A DNA stretch of 64,000 nucleotides from Octopus sinensis (taxonomy: Eukaryota). A program made the translations under genes and the position numbers. The stretch covers positions 45,830,464-45,894,463 of the forward strand of contig NC_043011.1 in the NCBI RefSeq assembly GCF_006345805.1, given 5' to 3'. How positions within the stretch are numbered: position 1 is the stretch's first letter; each line of letters opens with the position of its first letter. The notes under the pieces are model-generated. The model was not told where the DNA came from and made no database searches. It saw only the letters and a list, made by a program, of their open reading frames with translations. This document shows positions 9,806 to 20,906 of this stretch, one piece after another.

Positions 9806-12020
9806 TATGTAAATATGTTTCATTTGAAGTTATATAAAACTTGAGAAACGAAATGTGTTATGAAGTAGTCTGAATATTTTTATGAGGAAAATAAGGAAAT
9901 TGTGACACTTTTGTCTTTCTCAAAGACATTAATAATATCTACAGAAGTTAAGCTTTTTATGTGGCACCAGTATCAATTCTGTTGTGGTAGATGGGTCTTC
10001 ATGAGTATAGCAATGACCCAGATATTTTGGTCTTTAATCATCTCTTTCCTAGGACTCAGTGTCTCAAGATTGGCCTTAATTCATCTGCCCTTCCACATTC
10101 TTGAAAGAAGCACAAATTGCTGCATGAGGAGGAACAGCATAATAGAAACAACTAGAGTGGTTTTAGGGCACTATGGTATAGCTGTAGCTGGCAATTTCTG
10201 GCTTACTGGTTAATTCACATGCTGCTTCTACTTGGTGACCAATTTATCATTTCACAAATAACCACTGATATAATACATACAGAAAAGTGGTAGGAAATAA
10301 TGATCTATAAGTTTTGTTGATGAATTTTATACTCTACACATACACACATTTGTGTGTATGATACTTGGCAGTGAGTCAACAAAGAAACCAAAAGAACATG
10401 TATGTATGTTTAGTAAAACAGTTCTGGCAAAACTGTTTGTTATACCTTTATGGTTCACCTGTCTTATTTGCATTAACTTCAACTGTTAGGTAATTCAGTA
10501 ATTTGCACAATTATATATTAAAATATTGCTTTAGACTGAATTGAATATTATTTGCATGCTTATTTGCATACTGCTGTCAACTTTTTAATTATTGAATGCA
10601 TGTCTGCTAATTTGTTGCTTATGTCATATGTAGCTGCTGTCTTGTCAGTCATTTCACATGTAGTTGCTATCTTGTCAGTTACATCACATGTGGCTGCCAG
10701 CTTGTTGGTTATGTTACATTTCCATTTTTATTGCATGTGTATCCCTTTAGCATCCACATTACTCTGTTAAATGTAATGCTTATCAATTCCTATTGTTTTG
10801 AATTAATCATGCATAATCATGGAGCTTTGAGATTTTAATGATGTGATTCTTTATTTCTTAGAATGGCATTATAGGTTAGATGCGAGAGGCTGGATCTGGT
10901 TGGGTCAGATATGGCTGGTTTAAATGCTAAAAGGATATATGTGTGTTATTGCTTTTGCTACCGACCTACCCATAGATACCTGAGAATTTTTTGGTTAATG
11001 CCCCAAAAGATCTATTCACATTAAAAGGAGAATTTCAATGCAAATCTCATTAGTACATGCAGGAAAAGACATGATTTCACTCAGCTGAGTTACATTGTCT
11101 GATATTATTTTACGTGAAATCCAAGTGCTGCAAATTTTTGGAGAGTTTTTTTTTTTCCACTTTGATTTTCTGAAATGTTTCACTGTGGACAAAAACTGGA
11201 TACTAGTCTCATGTTGCCAAGCAGCAAGTTTGAATTTGACCGATTTTTGAAAGACAGAAAATTCTAGCAAAATATATGGTAAACATAAAAACCATTTGTG
11301 TGATTGTGAATCGGATATTTCTATTTCCGAAAGTGAAACTATTCTGACAACAGTTACGATAGCAATAAAAAAGTGAATTTGTACCTGAACATAGTAAGAA
11401 TTTAACGGCAGTTTTTCTTAGTTATTTTTAGGAAGATATTAGATCTAGCCAGAGTCTTTCCACGGAAATGAAACTTAGATTATTTTTTTATTTTTTCCTT
11501 TGAAGTGATTACTGTGGAAACAAATCATTATGCAGAACATAAAGAATTTTGTTTGAGGTTTCCCACATGCTTGGAAGAAATTTGAGCATTTTTAAGAATA
11601 TGGTATGTGTGTGTGTGTGTGTGTGTAAGGGTAAGATCCAAGAATCAAGGTGTAAGGAGATAGTAAGCTTTGAGCAGTCTGTAGAACGTATAAAAAACAA
11701 CTTTCAGGAACAGTAGTGATTTATAGACGTAGGAAGTTGTAGATTTTTCCGATATTGAAGTTCGGAAAGCTGAAAAAATTCTTTTATAGCTTATGGTTAG
11801 CAGCAGGGATTGCTGTGGATGTGAAGAGACATCCCAAATCAGGGAATGGTGTAGATAAAATCCAGGCTGCAGAACCTCAAAAGTAGTAATTATCCAACCA
11901 AGGGTAGCGGATTACCCCTTGTTCAGATAATTACTTCTCCTGAGGTACTGTTAGCTATGAAACATGTAACCTGGATGTCATCTACCTCATTTCCTAATTT
12001 TGAATGTATGTATATATATA

Positions 12021-12058
<38 letters not shown>

Positions 12059-12189
12059 ATATAAGCAAAGTTAGACAAGGCTGGTTTATGGGATTACTCT
12101 GGGTAATGATATATATATATATATACATACATATATATATATATATATCATCATCGTTTAACGTCCGCTTTCCATGCTAGCATGGGTTG

Positions 12190-12227
<38 letters not shown>

Positions 12228-12491
12228 TATATACACATATATATACATATATATATATTTTACTGTTATTGATTTTATTGTTATCATTTCTTAAATATTG
12301 GCATGAAACATGTGTTGTCATTTTACCAAATATATACGTTTTATTTATTATTTTGTACATTACTTAATCATAGGTATATGTTTTTATCTTATATTTAATT
12401 TTTTCTATATTGTATAATTTAACTTTTTCATTGTTGAATTGATAAAAGGTGGGTTTTTTTTCTAATTGATATATATATATATATATATATA

Positions 12492-13760
12492 TTGGGTTGT
12501 CTGGAAAGTTTATGCCGATTTATAGTAGCTTACCTTTCGACTTATTTTAGCACATGGTTGAGTTCATAAAATAGGTTTTGACTACACCTCCATTTAGAGC
12601 ATAGTTTAAGTTATCTTTTCGTGGAAGGTTCTTATAATCTGTGTTAATTCTGTATCCCTTTAAAATGGAAGATAAGAAAGTTCATTTTCGGCACTTGATG
12701 CTTTTCTTTTTCCGTAAAGGGAAAAATGCCTCACAAGCAACCAAAGAAATATGCACAGTTTACGGTGATGTTTCTTTATCCGAAAGAACTGTACAGAAAT
12801 GGTTTGCAAGGTTCTGGGCTGGAGATTGTAGCCTTATTGATAAAGAGTGATCATGCAGACCATTCACTACAGATGATGACCAAATCATGTCATTAATTGA
12901 GAATAACCCACATTGCACAACCTGAGAATTGGCAGTAAGCCTCAACCTATCAAAATCCGTCATTCATGAGCACCTGGTAAAGCTTGGGTACACAAATTGC
13001 TACGATGTTTGGGTACCACATGAGTTGAGTGAGAAGAACCTTTTGGGTCACATTTCCATCCGTGATTCGCTTTATAAACGGAATGAAAATGCGCCTTTTT
13101 TAAAACAAATTGTGACAGGTGATGAGAAATGGATTATCTACCGAATTGTTCAGAGAAAGCGATCCTGGAGTAAGCAACATGAGCCACCCTTAGCCACTCC
13201 AAAAGCAGGTCTTCACCTTAAAAAAGTCTTGATTTGTGTCTGGTGGGATTGGAAAGGAATTCTGTACTATGAGCTTCTCCCAAGTAACCTGACAGTTAAT
13301 TCTGAGAAATACTGTACACAACTGGATGAGTTAAAAGCAGCAATTCAAGAGAGACGTCCAGAATTGGCCAACAGGAAGGGTGTTGTTTTCCAACATGATA
13401 ATGCAAGACTGCACGTTTCTTTTGGAACCAGACAAAAATTGCTGCACCTCAGCTTGGATGTGTTACCCCACCCTCCCTATTTACCAGATATTGCTCCTTT
13501 GGATTTCCACTTATTCAGGTCTCTGCAGAATAGTCTTAATGGTAAAAGTTCCATGGATGACGTAAAAAGATACCTTGATGAATTCTCTGCCATGAGACCA
13601 CCTCAGTTCTGGGAAGAGGGTATTTTCAAGTTAAAGTAAAGATGGAGACGCATTGTGCATCAAAATGCTTCATATTTGGTTGATTAAAAATGTAATGGCA
13701 AGTATTTATTGACCTTTTCCTTTCCTTTAAGAATAGGTGTGAACTTTCCAGACAACCCAA
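12492..13760 (+). mobile_element. Full-length mariner (DD34D) DNA transposon, mellifera-subfamily-like, 1269 bp
   Basis: The TIRs are TTGGGTTGTCTGGAAAGTT (19 bp perfect, about 30 bp imperfect). The flanks are TA within (TA)n tracts. It contains a transposase reading frame. Confidence 0.95.
12665..13687 (+). pseudogene. Mariner transposase pseudogene with three in-frame stops
   Basis: MEDKKVHFRHLMLFFFRKGKNASQA...WVPHEL...GDEKW...HDNARLH...YLPDIAPLDFHLF...RWRRIVHQNASYLVD*. The stops are at 12848-50 (TGA), 12923-25 (TGA) and 13637-39 (TAA). All segments are in one frame (ORFs 12641..12850 and 12929..13639). Confidence 0.93.
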
Positions 13761-14635
13761 TATATATATATATATATATGTGTGTATGTGGCACGTAAAA
13801 GGCATCCACTACACTCTCGGAGTGGTTGGCGTTAGGAAGGGAATCCAGCTGTAGAAACTCTGCCAGATCAAGATTGGAGCCTGGTGCAGCCATCTGGTTT
13901 GCCAGACCTCAGTCAAATTGTCCAACCCATGCTAGCATGGAAAGCGGACGTTAAACGATGATGAGGATGATGATGATTTATAAATTTTTTTCAAACTTAC
14001 TTTTTATTCACCTGTAATTTTGATTAATTTGTATTGTGAATCAATATTATATATGTTTCTAAGTATTTGTGTATGCATGTGAGTTTATTTCACTTAGTTG
14101 ATGGCATGTATTTTTTCTAGTTTTCGCGAATGATAAATTCTGTTATTTCATTGTTTTACCTTTATGTAGATAATCCAGTAATTTGCACAATTCTATATTA
14201 AAATATTGCTTTATACTGAATAGAATATTAGCTAATAACTCATTTTCTATGCTAAAGTTTAAGCAAAAGTTAAATAATTTCATATCTTGTTGAATTCACC
14301 TGTATTTATGTATAATTAGATTTGTTTTGAGACAAAAATTATGCAATAGAATCGGTTAAGAACCTTTTGTTAAATTTTATTCCAAAAAATCACATTAATA
14401 TGTTGATAAACAAAAAGTTGTTTTATAAAACCCATCTAAATTCATGATTATTTTAGAATTTAATTAAAACACGTAAGGGGTGCATTTTGGTTAGAGATAT
14501 ATTAATGAGAAAGTTAAATATGTACAGATGCAGGAAGACCAGAGTTCAAAAGAGGACTAAGTACATAATTATGTAGAATGTATACTTTATTGTGATAGCA
14601 AGAGACTCTATGGAGAGCTCATCCATTTCCTGGGT

Positions 14636-14940
14636 GTTTTTCTGAACCACATCACACACCACCTGCTGGACGACGTGGTCTCAGAGAGCCAGTGTGGATT
14701 TAGGAACAACAGGGGGGCAATAGACATGGTCTTTGCAGTATGGCAGATACAAGAGAAGTGCTGAGAACAAAACCAGAACCTCTACATCCTCTTCGTGGAT
14801 CTGACGAAGGCTTTTGACACTGTCAGCCGAGAGGGCCTGTGGGATATCTTGTCTGAGCTAGGCTGCCCACCAAAGCTTGTCAGGATCATCCAGTCATTTC
14901 ACAATGGCATGATGGCTCACATCAGGGAAAACGGAGATGT
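14636..14940 (+). mobile_element. RTE-clade LINE reverse transcriptase fragment (same family as 18090-18833)
   Basis: It encodes, with a frameshift, LLDDVVSESQCGFRNNRGAIDMVFAVWQIQEK..EQNQNLYILFVDLTKAFDTVSREGLWDILSELGCPPKLVRIIQSFHNGM. It is nucleotide-similar to the reverse complement of R1+R2. Confidence 0.85.
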
Positions 14941-15010
14941 ATAATAATGACTCCTGCATTTCATTACATTTACTCATCATTATATTAACTCCTTCACTAT
15001 ATTAACTCAT

Positions 15011-15245
15011 CAAGGCGGCGAGCTGGCAGAAACATTAGCGCGCCGGGCGAAATGCTTAGCGGTATTTCGTCTGCCACTACGTTCTGAGTTCAAATTCCGC
15101 CGAGGTCGACTTTGCCTTTCATCCTTTCGGGGTCGATAAATAAAGTACCAGTTACGCACTGGGGTCGATGTAATCGACTTAATACCTATGTCTGTCCTTG
15201 TTTGTCCCCTCTGTGTTTAGCCCCTTGTGGGTAGTAAAGAAATAT
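15011..15245 (+). mobile_element. tRNA-derived SINE family B, full-length
   Basis: AAGGCGGCGAGCTGGCAGAA...GAGTTCAAATTCCGCC...TAGCCCCTTGTGGG.AATAAAGAAATA. Copies also lie at 25439-25672(+), 26516-26754(+), 26881-27042(-), 46967-47129(+) and 47621-47849(-), with older variants at about 4075, 16760, 19075, 35490 and 53278. Confidence 0.85.
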
Positions 15246-15904
15246 ATATTAACTCATCAATTTCATGTCCTTAGTTAATATAGTAACATCTTTGAACAGG
15301 GCCTAATTCAGACAACTATGTGAAGCTGCTGGAGACTAGTCGAACCCAGGCTGGAGAGGGTTGTTGCTGGAAAGTATGATAGCAGGATTTGGCTCCTTGC
15401 CATATCTCTGAAAAGAGTCCAAAGTAGTTAGAGCATTTCTATAACTGCCAGCCCCAATTTCTAACCTCCTTATTCCTCTGATTGTAATGTCATGGATTAC
15501 TCTTTTACTCATGCTGGAGCACCGCCTTTAGTTGAGCAAAGTACTAAGAGCCTTTAGTCGAGCAAATAAATACTAGGCTTACTTTTTAAGCCTAGTACTT
15601 ACTCTATCGGTCTCATTTGCCGAACCGCTAAGTTAGGAGGATGTAAACTCACCAGCATTGGTTGTCAAGCGATGTTGGAGGACAAACAGACAGACAAACA
15701 TACACACACACACACACACACATATATGACGGGCTTCTTTCAGTTTCCGTCTACCAAATCCACTCACAAGGCTTTGGTCAGCCTGAGGCTGTAGTAGAAG
15801 ACACTTGCCCAAAGTGCCACGCAGTGCGAATGAACCTGGAACCATGTGGTTGGTAAGCAAGCTACCTACCACACAGCCACTCTTACGCTATGTGAGTAAG
15901 ACAC

Positions 15905-16148
15905 AGTTGAGAAAGACACTAACTGCACTGCATGCAGCATCAACGCTGAGCTGGTGGCCAAGATTAAGGAGGTATTTGTGAACCTTTCCACGGACACAGA
16001 GAGGAATGCATGTGACAGGTTCTGGAGTTGTCTTGAGGTTGTGACGAAAACTGTTGAGTTTTTGAAATTACTTTTATTTTTGGATGAGATAATGTGTTTT
16101 TTTTTCCTTTTCTTTCCAAACTGTCAAGTTTATCCCGAACACACTGTG
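15905..16148 (+). mobile_element. Tc1/mariner-superfamily (maT-like) transposase C-terminal relic with right TIR
   Basis: KIKEVFVNLSTDTERNACDRFWSCLEVV (ORF 15954..16205) resembles the ACxRFRxRLEAV motif. It ends TATCCCGAACACACTG next to (TA)n. Confidence 0.5.
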
Positions 16149-18089
16149 TATATATATATATACTCTTTTTACTCTTTTACTCTTTTACTTGTTTCAGTCA
16201 TTTGACTGCAGCCATGCTGGAGCACCGCCTTTAATCGAGCAACTCGACCCCGGGACTTATTCTTTTTTTGTAAGCCCAGTACTTATTCTATCGGTCTCTT
16301 TTGCCGAACCGCTAAGTAACAGGGACATAAACACACCAGCATCGGTTGTCAAGCAATGCTAGGGGACAAACACACACACGCATATATATATATATACATA
16401 TATACGACGGGCTTCTTTCAGTTTCCCTCTACCAAATCCACTCACAAGGCTTTGGTCAGCCGAGGCTATAGTAGAAGACACTTGCCCAAGGTGCCACGCT
16501 GTGGGACTGAACCTGGAACCATGTGGTTGGTAGACAAGCTACTTACCACACAGCCACATCTTTTATTTTGTACTCGTTTCAGTCATTAAACTGCGACCAT
16601 GCTGGGGCATTATCTTGAAGAATTTTAGTTGAACAATTTGACTCTAGAACTTAATTTTTTTTTTAAAGCCAGGTACTTATTCGATTTGTATCTTTTGCTG
16701 AACTGCTAAGTCATGGGGATGTAAACACACCAACACCAGTTGTCAAGTAGTGGTGGAGGATAAACAGAATCATTTGCATGCTAGTAAAATGCTTACCAGC
16801 ATTTCATCAGTCCTTATGTTCTGAGTCCAAATTTTAGCTGAGTTTGACTTAGCCGTCCATCCTTTTGGGGGTCAATAAAATAAGGACCAGTTGAACTGAG
16901 GTCGATGTAATCCACTTGCCTCCTTCCCCAAACTTGCTGGCCTTGTGCCAATATTTGAAACCAATATATATAAGGCCCACCCACCCACCCATATGTATAT
17001 AAGATGGGCTTCTCTCAGTTTCTGTCTATCAAATTCACTCAAGGCCTTTAGTTGACCTGTGGCTATAGTAAAATGCACTCGCCCAAAGTGCCATGTGCCT
17101 CCTTTGAGTAATTCTTAATGTCTTTGCTTCACGCCTTCATCTTTTTTTTTTTTTTGGTGGCACGTCAAAAGCATGGGTGGCACGTAAAAAGCATGGGTGG
17201 CACGTAAAAACACCAACCGATTGTGACCGTTGCCAGCCTTGCCTGGCACCTGTGCCAGTGCCACGTAAAAAGCACCTACTACACTCACGGAGTGGTTGGT
17301 GTTAGGAAGGGCATCCAGCTGTAGAAACACTGCCAGATCAGAATGGGCCTGGTACAGCCTCCTGGCTTCTCAGACCCCAGTCGAACCGTCCAACCCATAC
17401 TAGCATGGAAAACGGACGTTAAACGATGATAATGATGATGTGCTTCATTTGTTATCCCATTTATTCCTTTGATCACCATTCACTATCTATTATCCTCAAT
17501 GACTCACTGCCATGCTTCATTATTTCTTAATACATCTATCTATTGAACCAATTGTCTTTTTCCTCTCCATCAATATCTCTCTATAATAAAACTCGTTCTT
17601 CTTTACACCTTTCCTTTCTTATGCTATCTCACTCTTCCCTCCCTCTCTTTATTTCCTTTCACATTTTCCTGTCCCTCTGTGTCTTTCACAGTTCACTTGA
17701 TTCTTGGGTGGCTACTTCTATTTTCCCTATTTAAGTATCTAGCATCTGTCTATGATATTTTCTTTTCCCTTTTTACACCTCTTTCAGTGTAGCCATTCTT
17801 TTTCCTTTGAGCTCAGTATATAAAATGGACAAAATGCTGCTAAGTACTTCTCCTGGCATGCTAACAATTCTACCAGCTACTGCAGTATTTTAGAGCCAGC
17901 CTTAATATGAGGTGGTATTAAAAAGTTCTAGGAATACTCATATTTACTAAAAAATAACTTATTTACCTAAGTTTTAACATCATTAACATTACCTGAGTTT
18001 TAACATCAGCAATACACCAGTCCCAGTATTCCTGCCACCTTTGGAATCTGGTTTGGAAGTCGTTTTCCATAATCAACTCAAGGACCTTC

Positions 18090-18416
18090 CTGCAGGTCTG
18101 GTTCATTCAATGCTGCAAGCACACAATCATCTGCAAACAGGAAGTCTCTCACTACGGCGTCCAGGACCTTGGTTTTTGCCTTCAGACGTCTGAGGTCAAA
18201 GAATCGGCTGTTACATCTGTAACGAATAGTGGCACTAGCATTCAGACTTTGACAGGGTGCGGAAGAGCACGGTGGCAAATATGAGGCTGAAGAGTGTGGG
18301 AGCCATCATGCAGCCTTGCTTCATGCCATTGGAGACCGAGAATGGATCAGAGACATCTCCATTTTCCACGATGCGAACCAGCATGCCATCATGAAATGAC
18401 TGGATGAGCCTGACGA
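18090..18416 (-). mobile_element. RTE-clade LINE reverse transcriptase fragment R2
   Basis: VRLIQSFHDGMLVRIVENGDVSDPFSVSNGMKQGCMMAPTLFSLIF followed by RRLKAKTKV...FLFADDCVLAA (ORFs 18235..18684 and 18078..18278). These include the GxxQG and (F)ADD RT motifs. Confidence 0.88.
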
Positions 18417-18640
18417 TGATGTAAAAAAACAGTGGCCTTTGAGCTGCATTTTTGTCTTTGGGAAAAGATGGAAGTTTGCATGTGTGAAATCTGGTGAATA
18501 GGGTGGGTGTGGAAGTGATGCCATGTTGTTTTAGTGAGAAACTCACAAGTGAGGAGAGCTTAGTGACCGGGTGCATTATCGTCGTTAAGAATCCAATTCT
18601 TCGCACCCCACAAATCCGGTCACTCTCGCTGAATGTCTCT

Positions 18641-18833
18641 TGACGAGCTTTACTGGGCAGCCTAGCTTGGACAAGATATCCCACAGGCCCTCTCGGCTGA
18701 CAGTGTCAAAAGCGTTCGTCAGGTCCATGAAGAGGATGTAGAAGTTCTGGTTTTGTTCTCGGCACTTCTCTTGTATCTGCCATACTGCAAAGACCATGTC
18801 TATTGTCCCCCTGTTGTTCCTAAATCCACACTG
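18641..18833 (-). mobile_element. RTE-clade LINE reverse transcriptase fragment R1
   Basis: QCGFRNNRGTIDMVFAVWQIQEKCREQNQNFYILFMDLTNAFDTVSREGLWDILSKLGCPVKLV, in ORF 18585..18971. Confidence 0.88.
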
Positions 18834-20906
18834 AATGTCCCTCCAAAACATTGCAGTAAAACCCTCAATTGCTGGGCTGACCCTGAGGGACAAATTCTCG
18901 ATGCACAATACCATATTTCCAGGAGTGATGCTTGTGTCAGGTCTTCCAGATTGCTCATCATCTTCCATCATATCAAAATATCATGGAAATTAAAAAAATA
19001 ATATATATCTACATATCTTGATTTAAAATAATTTTCATGTAAGTTAGATAGCACTTTCTAACATCACTGTAATGTAAGTTGGTGAGCTGGCAGAAATGTT
19101 ACCATACTGGGCAAAATGCTGAGTGGCATTTCATCTGGCTCATTACGTTCTGTGTTCAAATTCTGCTGAGGTTGACTTTGATTTTATAAAATAAGTTGAT
19201 CTAATTGACTTACCAGCTCCCCTGAAATTATTAGACTTATGCCAAAATTTGAAATCAATATCTCTCTGATGTTTTATTTTATTGAAACAGTTAAAAATAA
19301 ATGCTAACTTAACAAATATATCTAATGAAATATAAGTGAGTTTCAACATCGTCCCTTAACATGTTTTCCAAGCTGGCATGGGTTGGACGGTTTGACCAGA
19401 GCTGGCGAGCAGGAGATCCGCATCAATTGGCTTGGTTTCTATAGCTAGATGCCCTTCTCAATACTGATCACTTTACATTGCGTGCTGGGTGATTTTATTG
19501 TGCCACTGGCATGTTAGTGTAAACACTGGTATAATAAATGTTATAATCTTAGTTTGAGTCATTTATTTGGCTTTATTATACTTTAAATTTTTATTGCAAC
19601 AATTTTTCTAATAATTTTTTTTTAAAACTATATTATGTTAAAAATTCTATAAGTATATCAGACATAAAAGATTGAAATCTGACCCATGATATTACTTATC
19701 TTTAGCACCTGAGCTAGGTTTTCTGATGACAATAGCTCAGCATATGTCTAACTTACCAACATCACCTGAGCATTCAATAATCTATATCCTTTTGTTGTCT
19801 CCTTTCATGTAGATATAATGCAAGTAAAATAAGTTTAATGTTCAACAACAATTGCTGCAGCAGCAGCAGTACCAGAGACATGGTACCAGCAGCCAGTCCT
19901 GTGTTGTTTGTCAACTCACAGCAAGGAAGCAAGATATTTTCCAGGTATAAAATAAATGTTAAGACAGTGTTAACAGTAAGAAGAGATTTGTTTAGCACTT
20001 GTTTTATTGATCTGTCTGCTTTCCAAACAAGTGGAGCTATTAGTTCTACAGACATCAAGTTTTTATTTAGCCATTCAATTTAAGAAAGGATATTGGGAAT
20101 GAACAAAATCATAATAATAATAATAATAATAATGATAAAAATAAAAATAATACAATCGAATCGATTAGCCATGCCAAATGAATTTGTCTGATAAATGAGG
20201 TTTGATCTGTTTTTACAATAGCTCTGAATGAGCATTACTTGCCTAGCAGTAGAAAACATCTGAGGAGACACTAAAGAGAGAGGAGAGGGTGGATAAGTTG
20301 GTTGTTATGGTGAGTGTTGAGGCAATTACTTGAATAGACTTCACAGTCTTAATTGTCCCAATCTTGAAGATGCTTAACTGAATTTCAATAGAATTTTATC
20401 TATAGCTGGCAGATTTCTTCCCATATTTTATTTGTGAAATTAAAAATATCCAGCATTTAATTCACATGCATAAGGACAGACATTTTCTTTTTGCACTGAT
20501 TGTATTGTTTCCCATCAATATGAGAAGCTTCTTGGATACATTATCCATATTTATGAGACCAATAACAGTTGTTCACCTACTTTTGATAAACTTCATTGTC
20601 TTATAAGTTCTTTTATGACACGTTGTCTGAGTATACTACAGGAGCCAGAACATAGATTCATGCTGGCCATCAGTGTCTTTATTTAGCATAGCCATCACAT
20701 GCAAGTGACAGCCACTAGCAAAAGCATGGTAGTAAGTACAATATTTGCACTAATTGTTTCAGGTGCTTATGTAGTTTCAGGAGACATAGCCAAACTTTTT
20801 GGCCCAGCCGCACTTGATCTTGGGCAGAACATTATGCCCGGGGTAACATGTTCTGAACAATCTAAAAACAATGGACATGGTTGGAAAGTGAAATTTTAAC
20901 AACAAA

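Larger units (their letters stand above)
17906..18975 (-). mobile_element. Internally deleted mariner-type transposon interleaved with RTE LINE segments
   Basis: A TIR-like TA-TGAGGTGGTATTAAAAAGTTC begins at 17906. Minus-strand mariner peptides are EDDEQSGRP (about 18916-18975), GIVHREFVPQGQ (about 18834-18915), DDNAPGH...HPPYSPD..FHLFPK..LKG (18417-18640) and LIMENDFQTRFQRWQEYWDWCIA (about 18005-18085). Confidence 0.8.

Noticed and set aside
18235-18971. ORFs fusing mariner-derived and RT-derived peptides as a new chimeric gene
   Set aside because: The mariner blocks are mostly out of frame in these ORFs, both parents are fragmentary, and no promoter or splice evidence is visible.
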